Virus record (IMG/VR): IMGVR_UViG_3300032053_000084
Span: 1-59,015 of that record
Source of the DNA: a virus
Taxonomy: Duplodnaviria > Caudoviricetes
Strand: one strand, 5' to 3'
Length of the DNA: 59,015 bases
The position numbers were made by a program, and so were the translations under genes. Shown here piece after piece: positions 56,949 to 59,015 of the stretch. Below the pieces are notes generated by a model that saw only the letters and a list, made by a program, of their open reading frames with translations, searched no databases and had not been told where the DNA came from. Each line of letters starts with the position of its first letter. The first letter of the stretch is position 1.

Positions 56949-59015
56949 TTACATTGTATTGAATAACGGTAAAATATTAAAACCGGAAATTATTGTTGGA
57001 ATATTATCCGATGATCCAGATGTTGTTGCAGGACCACCAGTTGCTGCTGATGAAGTTTGAACATTTACCATATTCGGTTTTCCTGTCGTGGTTCCTTTTT
57101 CTACTTGTATTTGAGATGCTTTTGCGTTTGCATCTTCTCCTCTTCTAACAGCATCACTTCCCCCCGCACCTGCGGGAACATTTTTCATTTCAGGTTGTGA
57201 TATTCTTGTTGTACTTCCTTCTCCCGCAAACATCGAATTAAGGAGTTTTGTTTTTTCTTCTGGATTTAAAGAACCAATTTTTTTATTACCAAGGCCAGCC
57301 ATTCCAAGTTTTTTTGCATTATATCCTTGATTACTCCATTTTTTTAGACCTTCATCTACTGTCATATTATTATATACACCAGAACTTACAAGTTCTTTGG
57401 CTGCTTGTATTCCCATTTCTTTATTTGGAAAATGTATAAAATGCCCACCATCAGTGGCACGTGAACCTTTTGTAGCCCCCATTTCAGAATATTTTTTTGC
57501 TACACCAGACATTGTTCCACTTTTATCGTAATCCCATTTTATATTCCCTGGATTATTATTTCTATCTGCGGCGGTTCCCGATGATGATCCGGTTGAAGTT
57601 GTAGTATGACCAGAAGCCAAAGGCGGAGAAGGTGGAATAACAGAAGGTGATGTATTTGGACCAACAGACGCTTCTGCACTTTTTGGCGCAAATAAATCAG
57701 TATTGGCCATTTTTTTACTCCAATTACTTCCTGGCTCTGTCAACCACGCTATTGCTTTACCAATCCCAGGTATTTTTTTAATATTTGTCCATAAACTTTC
57801 AAGTGTATTAATAAGACCATCTTTTATTTTACCAAGTGTTTCTACAATATTAAATTTTTTATCTAACCATACAAAAAAATCATACATTTTTTCTCCAGCC
57901 CATACAATTTTATCAACAATCCAAACTATACCGTTTGTAAGAACTTTCAACATCTTTGCTATTGTATCTGGAGATATAATACCAAATGTTAATCCACTCA
58001 ATACGTGGGAAAATCCTGACATAACTTTTGCAAAAATACCATCACTACCAAAAAGACGCATTGCTTCTTCATCTTTATATCCTTTAAAAAAATCAAGGGC
58101 GGCAGTTATTGCTAAAACAATCTGACCAAGAATAGGAATCATTTTTAAAAACTTACCTGCAAAATGAAAAATTTTTCCAAAAAAACCTAAAAAGAGAACT
58201 TCATCCATAAGTTTTAATAATGATCCAGCCTTTCCTAAAACATTTCTAAATAGCGATCCTTCACCAAACCATTTTGAAAAGAATCCTACAAATTTTCCAA
58301 TAAGAGTTTCTTCTCCAAAAATACCTTTTAACCATTTTAGAAACTTTCCTTCTTTTCCTAATCCAAATAATTCTAATATCTTTTGATCTAATTTTAAACC
58401 TTTTAACATGTCTAAAATTAGTTTTCCTAAACCAATACCTTTAATAGCATCTATAATACTATTTTTTATTTTTTCTATCCAACCACCAATAGAATCACCA
58501 AAAATCTTTTTTAAATCAAAACTTTTCAACCATGCAAGTAACCCTGCAATGGCTAATAATAATAAATCACTCCAACCACCTTTTTTACCAGGAGCAGTTT
58601 TACCTCTTAACCTTGCTTTATTTTGTTCTTCTGATGAATCAACAATAGCATCTTTAACTTCTTCTAATTTCTTTTCCATTCTACCTGTCATATACAAAAC
58701 AGCATCTTTGACAGAAGACATTGCTTTTTTAATTCCAAGAACACCAAGAATTTTGGAAATGCCGCCCTTCAGGCCCTTCCATACTACTGAAGCAATACTT
58801 TTAGCAAGATCAAATATACCTTTTATACCATCAATTACTAAATCAACATATTCCTGTAATGGTCCAAGAATATCTCTAAAAGTTTTTACCGCATAATTTC
58901 TTAAATCAAAAAAGAATTTTTTAAAAGGAAAATATACCTTTGTATAAAGAAACTTCTGCCAGGTTCCTAACCATCTCCTTTGCATTGGTTTTTCCATACC
59001 CATAGGAGCGCCACT
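56949..59015 (-). CDS. Tape-measure-like protein, 5' partial, with a C-terminal lysozyme-like domain
   Basis: Frame open to the window edge; amphipathic G/K/F-rich helices; ADRNNNPGNIK motif. Confidence 0.65.
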   Translation of the reverse strand, partial: SGAPMGMEKPMQRRWLGTWQKFLYTKVYFPFKKFFFDLRNYAVKTFRDILGPLQEYVDLVIDGIKGIFDLAKSIASVVWKGLKGGISKILGVLGIKKAMSSVKDAVLYMTGRMEKKLEEVKDAIVDSSEEQNKARLRGKTAPGKKGGWSDLLLLAIAGLLAWLKSFDLKKIFGDSIGGWIEKIKNSIIDAIKGIGLGKLILDMLKGLKLDQKILELFGLGKEGKFLKWLKGIFGEETLIGKFVGFFSKWFGEGSLFRNVLGKAGSLLKLMDEVLFLGFFGKIFHFAGKFLKMIPILGQIVLAITAALDFFKGYKDEEAMRLFGSDGIFAKVMSGFSHVLSGLTFGIISPDTIAKMLKVLTNGIVWIVDKIVWAGEKMYDFFVWLDKKFNIVETLGKIKDGLINTLESLWTNIKKIPGIGKAIAWLTEPGSNWSKKMANTDLFAPKSAEASVGPNTSPSVIPPSPPLASGHTTTSTGSSSGTAADRNNNPGNIKWDYDKSGTMSGVAKKYSEMGATKGSRATDGGHFIHFPNKEMGIQAAKELVSSGVYNNMTVDEGLKKWSNQGYNAKKLGMAGLGNKKIGSLNPEEKTKLLNSMFAGEGSTTRISQPEMKNVPAGAGGSDAVRRGEDANAKASQIQVEKGTTTGKPNMVNVQTSSAATGGPATTSGSSDNIPTIISGFNILPLFNTM

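Noticed and set aside
3721-58896. Many short antisense or alternate-frame ORFs (e.g. 3721-4161, 14734-15057, 40428-40805, 53947-54300, 57703-58125, 58408-58896)
   Set aside because: They are shadows of well-supported genes, with Phe/Ile/Ser-rich antisense composition.

Overview
AT-rich segment of a large T4-like (myovirus) bacteriophage genome, read with the standard bacterial code. 0.25-18 kb: a glycan biosynthesis/modification island (intein-split GDP-mannose 4,6-dehydratase, DegT-type aminotransferase, NeuB-like synthase, sugar C-methyltransferase, HAD phosphatase, four paralogous GT-like proteins, four SAM methyltransferases, Asp-box propeller), plus a SET-domain protein, a serine protease and a PEP-CTERM protein. 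18-46 kb (minus strand): accessory/early genes behind nine sigma70-type promoters (ThyX, MazG-like, PTH2-like, vWA, thioredoxin, amidase, nucleotidyltransferase, SPFH, Ro60/TROVE) and the gp55/gp47/gp46/UvsX module. 46-59 kb (minus strand): baseplate/tail genes with a free-standing GIY-YIG endonuclease. The top finding lies in the ORF-free gap at 36.8-37.4 kb. There one promoter drives four tandem Y RNA-like ncRNAs directly into the Ro60 gene. All four share a covarying, putatively Ro-binding scaffold but carry different inner modules, one a circularly permuted tRNA mimic (YrlA-type). Also notable: a prfB-like +1 frameshift signature interrupting gp5, an aberrant tRNA-like element, a 4x tandem translation-start repeat and shared terminal peptide motifs. 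PEP-CTERM and PxxKW genes suggest a Desulfobacterota-like host (inference). All calls come from motif recognition by eye; no searches were run.
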